Origin: Parcubacteria group bacterium Gr01-1014_31
Lineage (GTDB): Bacteria; Patescibacteriota; Patescibacteriia; Buchananbacterales; GWA2-38-13
NCBI GenBank assembly: GCA_007376135.1
Contig: VMFR01000005.1
Location: forward strand, 4,141-68,140
DNA: 64,000 nt
Direction: 5' to 3'
The position numbers were made by a program, and so were the translations under genes. A model generated the notes under the pieces. It was not told where the DNA came from, searched no databases, and saw only the letters and a list, made by a program, of their open reading frames with translations. Shown piece after piece: positions 43,184-52,570 of the stretch; the first letter of the stretch is position 1, and each line of letters starts with the position of its first letter.

Positions 43184-44452
43184 CTAGCGCGCTAAGGTCC
43201 CCAGGTCCACGGTCGGGTCGGCAAGCTTATCCTTAATGGGACTTACCTTTACGTTCTTTTCGATCAGTTTGCATACGGAGGCAAGCTCGTTGGTGCGGTT
43301 GATGAAGGTCGCACCCACCAGCTCGTCATGCTCGTCCACAATGAGACGCGCAAAGGTATTGCCCTGCGGCCCCCGGGTGATGACTTGGCGGCCCTGCGAC
43401 CGCACGTCGCCGGCGAACGCGATGGTCAGCCCGAATCCCATGGCCGTATAGAACGACACCAGCTTGAACGGTTGCCGCTCGCCCAGCATGTTGGCGGCCG
43501 CAAGCTTGCCGTGCATCTGGGCGTTGACCCAATTGCCCAGCAATACATGCTCGTCCAAAATAAGGTCGTTGAACTCGGCGCAATCGCCGGCCGTATACAC
43601 GTCCGGTGCGCTGGTCTTCAGGTACTCGTCGGCCAGGATCCCGCGATTGGTTTTCACGGTTGACCCCTGGAGCCAGGAAAGGTCGGGCTGCGCCCCTACG
43701 CCAGCGACAATAACTTCACAAGGAATATTCTGACCGCTTTCCAGGGTCACCCCCGACACCTTGGCGCGGCCGTCCACGGTTTTGACGAGCGCGTTGCGGT
43801 GGATCTTCACGCCGCCGGAAAGCAGCGCCGCCTCGATCATTTTGCCCGACTGTTCATCCAGCAACGGGTCCCAGTAGTGCGGCTCGCGCATGACCAGGGT
43901 GACCTGCAAGCCTGCCATCGTCAACATCTCGCACATCTCAAAACTGGTGAATCCGGAACCGACGCAAACAGCGCGCTTGGCTTTTTTTATGGCGGCAATG
44001 ATCTGTTTCGCGTCGTCCAGCGTCCGCAGGTACAGGACTCCCTTTTTGTCGGCGCCGTCAGCAGGCCAAGGGACGGCCTGCGCCCCAGTCGCGATCAGCA
44101 GCTTGCGATACCGCAATGTTTTTTTGCCGTCCAGGGTAACGGTGTGCGCCGCCGCGTCAACGGCCGTGGCGCGCTGCCCCGCCAGCAAATCAATTTTCAG
44201 CTCGCGGTACCATTGCAGGGTTTTCAGCCAGATCTGGTCGAAGGGGATCTTGCCGAGGAAAAAATTCGGTTTGGACAACAAAATGCGCGAATAAAAACGG
44301 TGCGGTTCGTCGGAGACGACCGCAATCGTTGCGCCCGCATCCCGCTGCCGCAAGGTTTCGGCGGCCGTGGTACCCGCCACCCCACCGCCGATGATGCAAT
44401 AGTCGTAGGCCACCGCCTGCCGGCTACGGATAGATCTGCTTGCCCGCTTCAT
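43184..44452 (-). CDS. FAD-dependent NAD(P)H oxidoreductase (rubredoxin/ferredoxin-reductase-like)
   Basis: IIGGGVAG.TAA, YSRILLS, LLIATGA, LRTLDDA, VGSGFTSFE, TSAPDVYTAGDCAE. Confidence 0.9.
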   Translation of the reverse strand: MKRASRSIRSRQAVAYDYCIIGGGVAGTTAAETLRQRDAGATIAVVSDEPHRFYSRILLSKPNFFLGKIPFDQIWLKTLQWYRELKIDLLAGQRATAVDAAAHTVTLDGKKTLRYRKLLIATGAQAVPWPADGADKKGVLYLRTLDDAKQIIAAIKKAKRAVCVGSGFTSFEMCEMLTMAGLQVTLVMREPHYWDPLLDEQSGKMIEAALLSGGVKIHRNALVKTVDGRAKVSGVTLESGQNIPCEVIVAGVGAQPDLSWLQGSTVKTNRGILADEYLKTSAPDVYTAGDCAEFNDLILDEHVLLGNWVNAQMHGKLAAANMLGERQPFKLVSFYTAMGFGLTIAFAGDVRSQGRQVITRGPQGNTFARLIVDEHDELVGATFINRTNELASVCKLIEKNVKVSPIKDKLADPTVDLGTLAR

Positions 44453-44699
44453 CGTACAGGAAGATCGCGCGCGTCGGGCAGGATTGCGCGGCCGCTAAGA
44501 TGGTCGCGTCGCCGACCTGCTGGTCCTCAAGGCTCCCCCGCTCGGCCGGACCCGAATTTTTTACGCCCTGAAGTTTAATGACCGCCTTGTTCTCGGCATC
44601 CAGTTCGAACACGGTGTTGGCCGTAATGACGCAGGTCGACGCCCCGATGCACAGGTTGCGGTCGACGACGATCTTGGCGATCTTCTTCTCGTCTGCCAT
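44424..44699 (-). CDS. Single-cluster ferredoxin, probably [3Fe-4S]
   Basis: VDRNLCIGASTCV...AAQSCPTRAI; the second Cys of CxxCxxC is replaced by Ala. Confidence 0.9.
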   Translation of the reverse strand: MADEKKIAKIVVDRNLCIGASTCVITANTVFELDAENKAVIKLQGVKNSGPAERGSLEDQQVGDATILAAAQSCPTRAIFLYDEAGKQIYP

Positions 44700-44729
44700 A
44701 CCGGCAATAGTTATTGATTAAGAGATCGG

Positions 44730-45332
44730 CTAACAAGCAAATTCACCCTGCCCGCACGGCGAGGGCAACTCGCGCTGCAGCGGCACGCCCGGCTCAGTGC
44801 CAGTGGCGATATACTCCTCAACTTTGCGCTGCGCCCACTCGTGCTCATGGTTCCATAACGTCCAGAAATGGCGCCACTCGTTCCAGCCGATACCCAACGA
44901 TTTGACGTAGATGCCCTGCTCGGCCAGCATTTGGCCGACCTTGCGGCCGGTCATGCACGGCATGCTGTAGCAATAGACAATCACCTCTTTGCCCCCGGGC
45001 AACGCGCGAAATCCTGCAGTAATACGGTCTTTTTCGTCGTAGGCGGAGGTATTGGGGTCCGTGTAGGCAGAAATGTTGACCGCCCCGATGATGTGTTCAC
45101 GCTCGTACTCCTGGGGTGAGCGCAGGTCAACGAGGACGAAACTTTTGTCGCCCTTATCCATCTTACCGCGCAGACTGTGCGGACTGACGTGCACCGCATT
45201 CTCGATGCGATAAAACTCGGCAATGGAATCCTGGGGGGTCGGCGTCGCGGGTCTATTGTTGTACCACACGACGGCTCCGCCGGCCAGGGCGCCGAAAATG
45301 GCCGCAATGATGATGGTTCTGATGGTCTGCAT
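44730..45332 (-). CDS. Membrane-anchored rhodanese-like domain protein
   Basis: LVDLRSPQEYEREHIIGAVNI, VIVYCYS..C, GIGWNEW; ATG 45332. Confidence 0.85.
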   Translation of the reverse strand: MQTIRTIIIAAIFGALAGGAVVWYNNRPATPTPQDSIAEFYRIENAVHVSPHSLRGKMDKGDKSFVLVDLRSPQEYEREHIIGAVNISAYTDPNTSAYDEKDRITAGFRALPGGKEVIVYCYSMPCMTGRKVGQMLAEQGIYVKSLGIGWNEWRHFWTLWNHEHEWAQRKVEEYIATGTEPGVPLQRELPSPCGQGEFAC

Positions 45333-45431
45333 ATGCGGATAGTATACCGGCCCGGGGCGGCAAAAACAAGATAAAAAACGGGCCACCTGGCGGCGGCCCG
45401 TTTTGTTGCGGCGGATTTTTTTCGTCGGCGA

Positions 45432-47090
45432 CTAGCGCATCTTCAACCCCTCCAACCCGCGCACTTCGCCTTTCAATTCCAGCGCGGGTACCTGAATGAC
45501 CGGCACCTGGCTCGTCTTGCCGTAGCCGCACTCCTCGGGGTCGGGAATGACCGTACCGTCCAGCGCCGTGGCCGACCCGCTCTTCGCGTGCCAGTGCTCC
45601 TCTTTGTCGCACTCCGGTCCCGTGAAACGCCGTAGTTGCGCGAGGGGGATCATTTTCCCGCCGTAATTGATGACGTCGATCATCGCGGCCACTGGCGTGA
45701 CGGTAATTTGCACATTGAACGGAATGGTGTTGATGAGCTCGTTGGACGCGTTGTAGACCGTGATACTGCCAACCGCGGTGTACAGGCCCGGACCAAAGGC
45801 CTGCACCGTGCCACAGGAGTAGCTGACGTCTACTTTCGCCGGCAACGCTCCGCCGGGAGCGGCGATCTTCAGCCAGCCGGGGATATTGCCGACGACGGCG
45901 TAACGGGCGGAGTCTGGCGTTGCCTGCTGCAAATTCAGCGTCTGCAGCTGCTGCGCGCACGGCCCGCGCTCCGGAATGGTGCGACTAATGTAGACGCCAT
46001 CCTGCTGTTTGGCGCCCGTGGACGGCGCCACGCACTGGGCGGGCTTGCCCGCGCAGATCTCGGGGGCGACGCAGTCGGTCTTTTCGGACGCGCAGGTTCC
46101 GTTGTCGCAGAACGCGCGTCCGACCTGCGAGCTGCTGCAGCATACCGGTTCCGTGCTGCCGCAGTCGGCGTCCTTCGCGCAGGTCCGGCCGGAATCCTTG
46201 AGCTTCTGCTTGAGCTCGTCCAGCGATTCCTTGATGTGTACAGTGCCAAACAACCCATCGCTTAACCCGGCTGCCTTGGCTTTCTGCAGCTGGTTCTCAA
46301 GGTCGGCAATCTGCCGCTGCAGCTCGGGGTCGTTGCCGGAAAACGCGCCGGTGCAGGCGGGACTGGTGGACTGTATCTGCGCCCCGCTCCCGCCGGTCGT
46401 CAGCGCGCCAATGTTCACGTTCGACGCGCCGCCGGGTTCCTTGCACTTCTTTTCGATGGCATCAAGGATGGCCAGTTTTTGCTGCGCCGCGGCCTGGGCC
46501 TGGGCCTGCGCCGCCTCATAGCGCTGCTGCGCTGCCGCCTCTTTCGCCTGCCGGTCATTCTGGTTGGCGGTCCTGCCGGCCGCCAGCTCGGCGTCGCACT
46601 GCGTTTCTTTCTCCTGATAAAACTCCGGCTTGCGCGCCTTTTCCACGCAGTCGTTGTACTCCTTTTTCGCCTGTTCACGCTGGTTGAATTTCGCCTCATT
46701 GAATCCTTTGTCCGCTGCAAAATCCGCCATGATCTCCTCGTAGAGCCGCCCGACCTCCTCAAAAGCCTGCTTGCACGGGTCCGCGGTCAGCGCCCGCGAA
46801 ATGCACTCGTGGTACTGTTTTTCAAGCTGCTGGTTTTTCGCCCAATACGCGTCGCTTATTTGGTCGCGCGCGGCCGCGTGCGATCCTTGTGCGGCGGTTT
46901 TCCGCTGCTCCAATTCATCAGCGACCGCTTGTCTCGCCTGTACGAGCTCCTCGCACTTGGTATTACGCACATCTACCCCGCCGTCCGTGAACTGCGGATT
47001 GAAAGCGCCGCTCAGGAAAGCGGCGGCTACGCCAACCGCGGCCACGCCGACCAAACCGGCCGCAACGCGTCCCAACATCATACCCTTCAT
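45432..47090 (-). CDS. Exported coiled-coil and Cys-rich protein, function unknown
   Basis: N-terminal anchor, long helical region, C..DADC....CC...C..G.C cluster, C-terminal C...HWH...DP..CGYG motif. Confidence 0.7.
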   Translation of the reverse strand: MKGMMLGRVAAGLVGVAAVGVAAAFLSGAFNPQFTDGGVDVRNTKCEELVQARQAVADELEQRKTAAQGSHAAARDQISDAYWAKNQQLEKQYHECISRALTADPCKQAFEEVGRLYEEIMADFAADKGFNEAKFNQREQAKKEYNDCVEKARKPEFYQEKETQCDAELAAGRTANQNDRQAKEAAAQQRYEAAQAQAQAAAQQKLAILDAIEKKCKEPGGASNVNIGALTTGGSGAQIQSTSPACTGAFSGNDPELQRQIADLENQLQKAKAAGLSDGLFGTVHIKESLDELKQKLKDSGRTCAKDADCGSTEPVCCSSSQVGRAFCDNGTCASEKTDCVAPEICAGKPAQCVAPSTGAKQQDGVYISRTIPERGPCAQQLQTLNLQQATPDSARYAVVGNIPGWLKIAAPGGALPAKVDVSYSCGTVQAFGPGLYTAVGSITVYNASNELINTIPFNVQITVTPVAAMIDVINYGGKMIPLAQLRRFTGPECDKEEHWHAKSGSATALDGTVIPDPEECGYGKTSQVPVIQVPALELKGEVRGLEGLKMR

Positions 47091-47154
47091 AAAAAAAGCT
47101 TAGGAATAGGATGGGTACAGCCTAGAGGATTTTATAATATTAATAAAGGTCTAT

Positions 47155-47454
47155 CTATCGCAGGGGGTACGCCGCGGGTTTGAACCTCTCATCCTCTAAA
47201 TCATCAACAAAACAGACCACCGCAAGGCCGACAGCGGCTCGGTACATTCTATTGCTGCTCATCTTTCTCGCTACCAGCTCATACGTGAGAGCGGAGCCAA
47301 AGAGAAGCCCGCCCATGAAAACAAAATCGAAGAAGGTCCAATGCCAGCCGTCTCCATCTACTCCACTGCCGAGAAGTGTCAACACCAAGGGTATCAATAG
47401 TAAGAGTTCTACGATAACAGCTCACGCACTCAGTCTTCTTTTAATGCTTTGCAT
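47155..47454 (-). pseudogene. Disrupted membrane-protein gene
   Basis: ATG 47454: MQSIKRRLSA*AVIVELLLLIPLVL...WTFFDFVFMGGLL...YRAAVGLA. There is an in-frame TGA at codon 11, and the hydrophobic pattern is lost after AVGLAVV. Confidence 0.6.
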
Positions 47455-47496
47455 AAAAAATGTCAGGCTCTTTCTAAGATAACTCTGCTGGCCATC

Positions 47497-47513
47497 TGGG
47501 ACGATGCTGGAAC
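47497..47513. repeat. 17-bp direct repeat, copy 1
   Basis: TGGGACGATGCTGGAAC; 16/17 match to 48209-48225. Confidence 0.7.
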
Positions 47514-47527
47514 CACTATTTCTCATA

Positions 47528-48157
47528 TTATTCCATCTGTTGTTTAATCTGCCAATCTGTGAAGTCTTGGTTTACATACACGATGTGTGATACGGATCTA
47601 TCTTTAAAGGTGTCGCGAAATTCGCTAACAATGTAAGAATAGGCACCATCTTTGATTTCTAGTAATCCCACACAAAATACTATTTTGAAATTGTGCCTTT
47701 TGTAAATCGCCTCTCGTATTTTACTTCTGTAGAATTTTTTTGCGCCATCAAAGAAAACTACCAGCGCTTTATCTTTTGCGTATTCTGGGCCTCTTTTGAT
47801 TTTGTGTTCTACCGCCCAAATTATTCGTTCTTCCCCTGTAGGCAGTTGTTTACCCGCTGGATAATCCATTGCGCAAACGTGTTCAACTACAAAACCATTT
47901 TGCTTGTCTACATTCCAAACCACTCCATCTCCATCTTTTTTCTCGCCGAATGTTTGTCTGTCGCCCGTAATTTTCTGAATGACAACCGTAATAAGCCAGT
48001 TCGCCCAAGCTTCGCGCACCAGCATATCAAAATTAGTGAATCGCTTCCCTTGCGTTAGAAAAAGAGGATTTTTCACATAGGGCTCCATATTTTTTAGAGC
48101 CCGTTTCAGGTCTTTAATAAATTTTGCGCCGTCTTCAATCATGAGAATATTTCTCAA
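47528..48157 (-). CDS. AT-rich hypothetical protein, possible restriction-endonuclease-like fold
   Basis: 209-aa ORF with TTG start; an E...DGDG.....VEH pattern is weakly suggestive of PD-(D/E)XK. Confidence 0.6.
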   Translation of the reverse strand: MRNILMIEDGAKFIKDLKRALKNMEPYVKNPLFLTQGKRFTNFDMLVREAWANWLITVVIQKITGDRQTFGEKKDGDGVVWNVDKQNGFVVEHVCAMDYPAGKQLPTGEERIIWAVEHKIKRGPEYAKDKALVVFFDGAKKFYRSKIREAIYKRHNFKIVFCVGLLEIKDGAYSYIVSEFRDTFKDRSVSHIVYVNQDFTDWQIKQQME

Positions 48158-48208
48158 GGGCGTCTATCGACTCTCTTAATTATGCCTCACCATATCGGAC
48201 TAGGGGTT

Positions 48209-48225
48209 TGGGACGATGTTGGAAC
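48209..48225. repeat. 17-bp direct repeat, copy 2
   Basis: TGGGACGATGTTGGAAC. Confidence 0.7.
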
Positions 48226-48244
48226 AATCTTAAATTGAAAAACA

Positions 48245-48676
48245 TCAAGGGCGACGCTTTCCGGCTGCAAGCATCAAACAGGCTTCCTCGATTCGGCGCG
48301 TATGAGCCTCCGGCTGTTTGGCTAATTCGATCCAGCTAACAAAGTCCCTGCGCTCGGTCGGCGTGAGATCTCTCCAGGTAGCCTTTGCTTTCGGGGCAGC
48401 TCCGAGGGCTTTGTAGAGATTCATTGGCACAACTGCAAAGCAACAGGGGCGGCGCTTTCCGGCTGCAAGCATACTGGGGACTCTCTCGATACGGCGTCTC
48501 CGCGTCTCCGGTTGCTTGGCTGAGTCTATCCAAAGAATAAAATCCCGGCGCGCAATTGGCGTGAGATCCTCCCACTGAGTCTCCGCCTTCGAGGCACCCA
48601 CAAGAGCTTTGCGAAGATCCGTTGGCACTCTGGCCTCCGGTCCTTCTCCAGGCGGCTTAGGATTCATTTTGTTCAT
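48245..48676 (-). CDS. YdeI/OmpD-associated family protein, two tandem domains
   Basis: Internal duplication VP.DL.KAL....KA...W.DLTP..RRDF..WI..AKQPE...RRIE....MLAAGKRRP. Confidence 0.88.
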   Translation of the reverse strand: MNKMNPKPPGEGPEARVPTDLRKALVGASKAETQWEDLTPIARRDFILWIDSAKQPETRRRRIERVPSMLAAGKRRPCCFAVVPMNLYKALGAAPKAKATWRDLTPTERRDFVSWIELAKQPEAHTRRIEEACLMLAAGKRRP

Positions 48677-48714
48677 AACTGTTCTCAATCAATTATTTTA
48701 CTATTCATCCTATT

Positions 48715-48808
48715 TGGCTCGCGTGGCGGGATTCGAATTCACCACGGCGAACCTTCGGCCCGCAACCAATGGATTAATCCGCCGAAGACGGACTCTGCCA
48801 TTGAGGTA
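48715..48808 (-). pseudogene. Degenerate tRNA-Asn-like copy interrupted by two hairpins
   Basis: Shares CTCAA.GGCAGAG, TTAATCCATTGGTTGCGGG and TTCGAATCCCGCC with the adjacent tRNA-Asn; ends ACGCGAGCCA; no matching 5' acceptor strand. Confidence 0.7.
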
Positions 48809-48837
48809 AACTAAAAAGATACACAACACCCTCCCTG

Positions 48838-48909
48838 CTCCGGGGGCGGGATTCGAACCCGCAACCAATGGATTAACAGTCCACTGCTCTGCCGTTGAGC
48901 TACCCCGGA
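48838..48909 (-). tRNA. tRNA-Asn (GTT)
   Basis: TCCGGGG/CCCCGGA acceptor, GTGGA-CTGTTAA-TCCAT anticodon arm, GCGGG-TTCGAAT-CCCGC T arm. Confidence 0.95.
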
Positions 48910-49152
48910 GCAGGGAGGGTGTTCATAAGCCACTCCCGACCTTTTCCCGATTTTAAAAAACGTTCGCGGCCCATCGCTTCGGATCGCGTCTGATACTCCT
49001 CGCTTAACACGACGACCCAAGGGCCTCTATTTTTTGTGGAAAAACACCATCCGCGTTGTGTGACCGCAACCGTTCCGCAAGATTCTTTGTCTGGCCCTTG
49101 TAGAGCCTGCCCTTTCCATTACGAATGACGTAGACCCAAAATGACACAGCAC

Positions 49153-50334
49153 TTAATAGTCCTTTAATTTTGCCGCGTCGACGTGCTTGGATATCTTTTC
49201 CAAGGCCTTGGCCTCGATCTGACGGATGCGTTCGCGCGTGACGTCGAATTCCTTCCCAACCTCTTCCAACGTGTGGGACACCCCGTCGGTCAGGCCAAAC
49301 CGCATCTCCAGGATCTTTTGCTCGCGCGGGGTCAGGTCCCTGATGACGCGCGTGACATACTCCTTGAGCAGCTGCAGCGCGGCCACGCGGTCGGGCGTCA
49401 CCGTTTTTACGTCCTCGATGAAATCTTCCAGGGTGCTATCCTCGTCATCCTCGCCGACCGACGTCTCGATGGAGATGGTGTCTTGCGAAATCTTAATAAT
49501 GTGGTGGATTTTGTCAATCTCTTCGCCCATTTCGGCGGCGATCTCCTCCGGCAGCGGCTCGCGGCCCAAATCCTGGATGAGCTGGCGTTCCACCTGCTTG
49601 AACTTGTTGATGGTCTCCACCATGTGCACGGGGATGCGGATGGTGCGGGACTGGTCGGCCAGCGCGCGGGTGATTGCCTGGCGGATCCACCAGGTCGCGT
49701 AGGTGGAGAACTTGTACCCCTTGCGGTAGTCGAATTTTTCCACCGCGCGGAACAGGCCGATGTTGCCCTCCTGAATGAGGTCCAGGAGCGACAGCGACTT
49801 GCCGGTGAACCGCTTGGCGATGGAGACCACTAAACGCAGGTTGGCCTCGATGAGACGGCGTTTGGCCTCCTGATCGTTGCGTTCGGCGCGCTTGGCCAAG
49901 GCGATCTCCTCGTCCGCTTTCAGCAGCGGGACTTTGCCAATCTCGCGTAGGTACATCTGGATGGAATCGGACGACACGTCGCCGATGTCGATACGCTTTT
50001 TGCCGCCGGCCTTGATGCCGATCTTCTCCATCAACGCCTCGGGGTCCTTTGCCTTGTCCAGGTAGCCGCCCTCCAGTTCGATGATCTGGATGCCCATCGA
50101 ATCCAAGTCTTCCAGCATCTGCTCGTACAGGTGCAAGTAATCCTCCACTTCCGGCAACGCCTTGAGCAACTCCGCTTCCGTCAAAAAACCGCGCTGGCGC
50201 CCCTTGCGGATGAGCTGGTCGATAAGCGCTTGGTCGGGGACGGCCTTGGCGCGCACGACGGGCTTTTGCGCCTTGCGGGGCGTGCGCTTGGCCGAACGCG
50301 CCGGGCGGGAACGGGCCATTTTTTTGGCTGCCAT
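49153..50334 (-). CDS. rpoD: Primary sigma factor RpoD
   Basis: [70 protein letters not shown]. Confidence 0.97.
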   Translation of the reverse strand: MAAKKMARSRPARSAKRTPRKAQKPVVRAKAVPDQALIDQLIRKGRQRGFLTEAELLKALPEVEDYLHLYEQMLEDLDSMGIQIIELEGGYLDKAKDPEALMEKIGIKAGGKKRIDIGDVSSDSIQMYLREIGKVPLLKADEEIALAKRAERNDQEAKRRLIEANLRLVVSIAKRFTGKSLSLLDLIQEGNIGLFRAVEKFDYRKGYKFSTYATWWIRQAITRALADQSRTIRIPVHMVETINKFKQVERQLIQDLGREPLPEEIAAEMGEEIDKIHHIIKISQDTISIETSVGEDDEDSTLEDFIEDVKTVTPDRVAALQLLKEYVTRVIRDLTPREQKILEMRFGLTDGVSHTLEEVGKEFDVTRERIRQIEAKALEKISKHVDAAKLKDY

Positions 50335-50428
50335 ACGCAGGACGATAAAAAATCACCGGCCGCAAGGACTGGCGCAGTTTCCCACAACGTTGAATGTGCG
50401 GGTGGTCACGGAGTGATGAGGGACGCCG

Positions 50429-52225
50429 CTAGGCGCCCAGGAGGTGCAATTGGTTCGTCAACTCGGAAAATTGGCGCGTCAGGCGTTCGACCGCACCACT
50501 GTCGCGGGCGGCCTCCGCTGCCTGCAGCTCCTGCTGCACCGTCTTGATCTGCCGCCGCAGATGTTCGCGGCGCAGCTCGGTGCAAATGGTCGCGACCTCC
50601 TGCGTCAGCACGGAGTCAACGAAGTCGCCGAAGTCGCGCTCAGCCGCCATCCACAGGGTGTCGACCAGCGCCGCTAACTCGGCCGCTTCGCTCCCCTGCA
50701 GCCAACGTCGAAAATCAGTGGCGGCAGGCACCTTGCCTTCCGCCGACGTGGTTTTATTATAATAGAGAACCAGCTGTCTGTAAAGCTGCTGATATTGGGG
50801 TTCCTGGACCTGCTCAGGCCCCAGCCACTGCACGGTACTGGCGACACGCGCGGGCTGAAAAACCAGCAGCGTCACCAGCTGCTCCTCCAGGCGCTGCCAT
50901 CGCTCGCGCTCGTCGGCCCGGGCGGCGGCTTGGACGGCGGGTTGGGCGCGGGATGTCGACGGCCGCGGCAACTGTTCCCGCAAGACCTGCTCCGGAACAT
51001 CGACGGTATTGGCCAGGCGCTGCAGCCAGTGGCTGCGCTCCACGGCGCTGCCGATCTTCCCGATGGTGGACAGGAGGACCTTGGCGACCTGTTTTTTGTT
51101 CGCCGCGCCGGTCAACGGATGCGCGGCCAACGTCTTTGCGAAACTGAACTCCATGAATTCCGCGGCTGATTCCACTGCCGTCCGCCAAACAGACGGGTCC
51201 TTGCGCACGCACTCATCGGGGTCTTTGCCGAACGGCAGCTGGATGACGCGGACGTTGCACTCCGCCGCCAGCATCAGGTCGATACCTCGTGAAGCGGCCG
51301 CCAGTCCGGCAGCATCCATATCGAACGCCAACGAAAAATTCGCCGAAAAACGTTTCAGCAATTTTATCTGATCGGCGGTCAGCGCCGTGCCGGCTACCGC
51401 GACGACGTTCTTAACCCCTGCCTCCCAGGAGGCGATGGCGTCCATGTAGCCCTCGACCAGCACCGCCCGGTCCAGGGTCCGAATCTCCTGCTTGGCGCGG
51501 TGCAGGTTGTAGACGATCACCCCCTTATTATAGATGTCGGTTTGCGGCGTGTTGATGTACTTGGCGCCGGTTTCCTTCGGATCCAGGGTCCGGCCGCCGA
51601 ACCCGACCGTCTGGCCGTGCCCGTCATGGATGGGAAACATCAACCGGTTGCGGAATCGGTCGTAGAAACCCGAGCCGCGCTCCTTTTTCACCAGCAGGCC
51701 CGCCTCAAAAATGTCGCGCTCCGTGAATCCGCGCTCCTGCAAGAACCGTCCGGTCGCCTCCCAGCTGTCGGGCGCCCAGCCCAGGCCGAACGTTTCCACC
51801 GCCGCCGGGCTCATTTCGCGCCGCTGCAGGTACTCGCGCGCGAGTTCGGCATGCGGAGAATCGCGCAGCAGCGCCTGAAAATATCCCGCCGCCGCGTCCA
51901 CGATCTCCAGCAGGGTATTACGACGATTATGCAACTGCGGGTCGGTGCGACGCAACGTCACCCCGGCTTTCTGCGCCAGCAACCGCAGGGCGCCGGGAAA
52001 ATCCAACCCCTCCATTTTCATGATGAAGCTGAAGACGTCCCCGCCCTCGCTGCAGCCGAAGCACCGCCAGATCTGACGGTCCCGCGAGACCATGAACGAC
52101 GGGGTCTTTTCGTGGTGGAACGGACAGAGCGCCTTGTGGTTGGCACCGGCCGGTTTCAATGCCACGTACTCACCCACGATATCAATGATATCCAGGCGCG
52201 TTTTTACCTCTTCCTTGGGGTCCAT
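50429..52225 (-). CDS. dnaG: DNA primase
   Basis: CPFHHEKTPSF..CFGC zinc finger, DRFRNRLMFPI, KYINTPQT, VEGYMD, FDMDAAG, KDPDE. Confidence 0.97.
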   Translation of the reverse strand: MDPKEEVKTRLDIIDIVGEYVALKPAGANHKALCPFHHEKTPSFMVSRDRQIWRCFGCSEGGDVFSFIMKMEGLDFPGALRLLAQKAGVTLRRTDPQLHNRRNTLLEIVDAAAGYFQALLRDSPHAELAREYLQRREMSPAAVETFGLGWAPDSWEATGRFLQERGFTERDIFEAGLLVKKERGSGFYDRFRNRLMFPIHDGHGQTVGFGGRTLDPKETGAKYINTPQTDIYNKGVIVYNLHRAKQEIRTLDRAVLVEGYMDAIASWEAGVKNVVAVAGTALTADQIKLLKRFSANFSLAFDMDAAGLAAASRGIDLMLAAECNVRVIQLPFGKDPDECVRKDPSVWRTAVESAAEFMEFSFAKTLAAHPLTGAANKKQVAKVLLSTIGKIGSAVERSHWLQRLANTVDVPEQVLREQLPRPSTSRAQPAVQAAARADERERWQRLEEQLVTLLVFQPARVASTVQWLGPEQVQEPQYQQLYRQLVLYYNKTTSAEGKVPAATDFRRWLQGSEAAELAALVDTLWMAAERDFGDFVDSVLTQEVATICTELRREHLRRQIKTVQQELQAAEAARDSGAVERLTRQFSELTNQLHLLGA

Positions 52226-52347
52226 AGCGATAGCGAACCCATTGTACGCCTCCGGAGAGCCACAAACCAGTTGACCGCCCGACGGTTTCTTGGTTTAATG
52301 AGTGGACTCAATTCCGGCGCGGCGTCCGTCGCGTTCTGCCCGAGAGC

Positions 52348-52432
52348 GGAGAGGTCGCATAGTGGCCTAGTGCGCCTGCTTGGAGAGCAGGTATACCGCA
52401 AGGTATCGCGGGTTCGAATCCCGCCCTCTCCG
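52348..52432 (+). tRNA. tRNA-Ser (GGA)
   Basis: GGAGAGG/CCTCTCC acceptor, CCTGC-TTGGAGA-GCAGG anticodon arm, long variable arm, GCGGG-TTCGAAT-CCCGC T arm. Confidence 0.93.
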
Positions 52433-52570
52433 CCCTGGTCGGAACACTGACTGCTGCCGACCGCTCCAGTCGGCGCTGCACCAAGTGAACCAAGAACCAT
52501 AGTGATGCCCCGCCGTACGTGCGAGGCGTTTTCGTTACCGCCCAACCTGCTATACTGAGGATATTCATCT

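Noticed and set aside
47155-47454. In-frame TGA as a sign of genetic code 25/4 or selenocysteine
   Set aside because: Many intact genes here end in TGA and none needs readthrough. The ORF is also truncated, so a pseudogene is the simpler reading.
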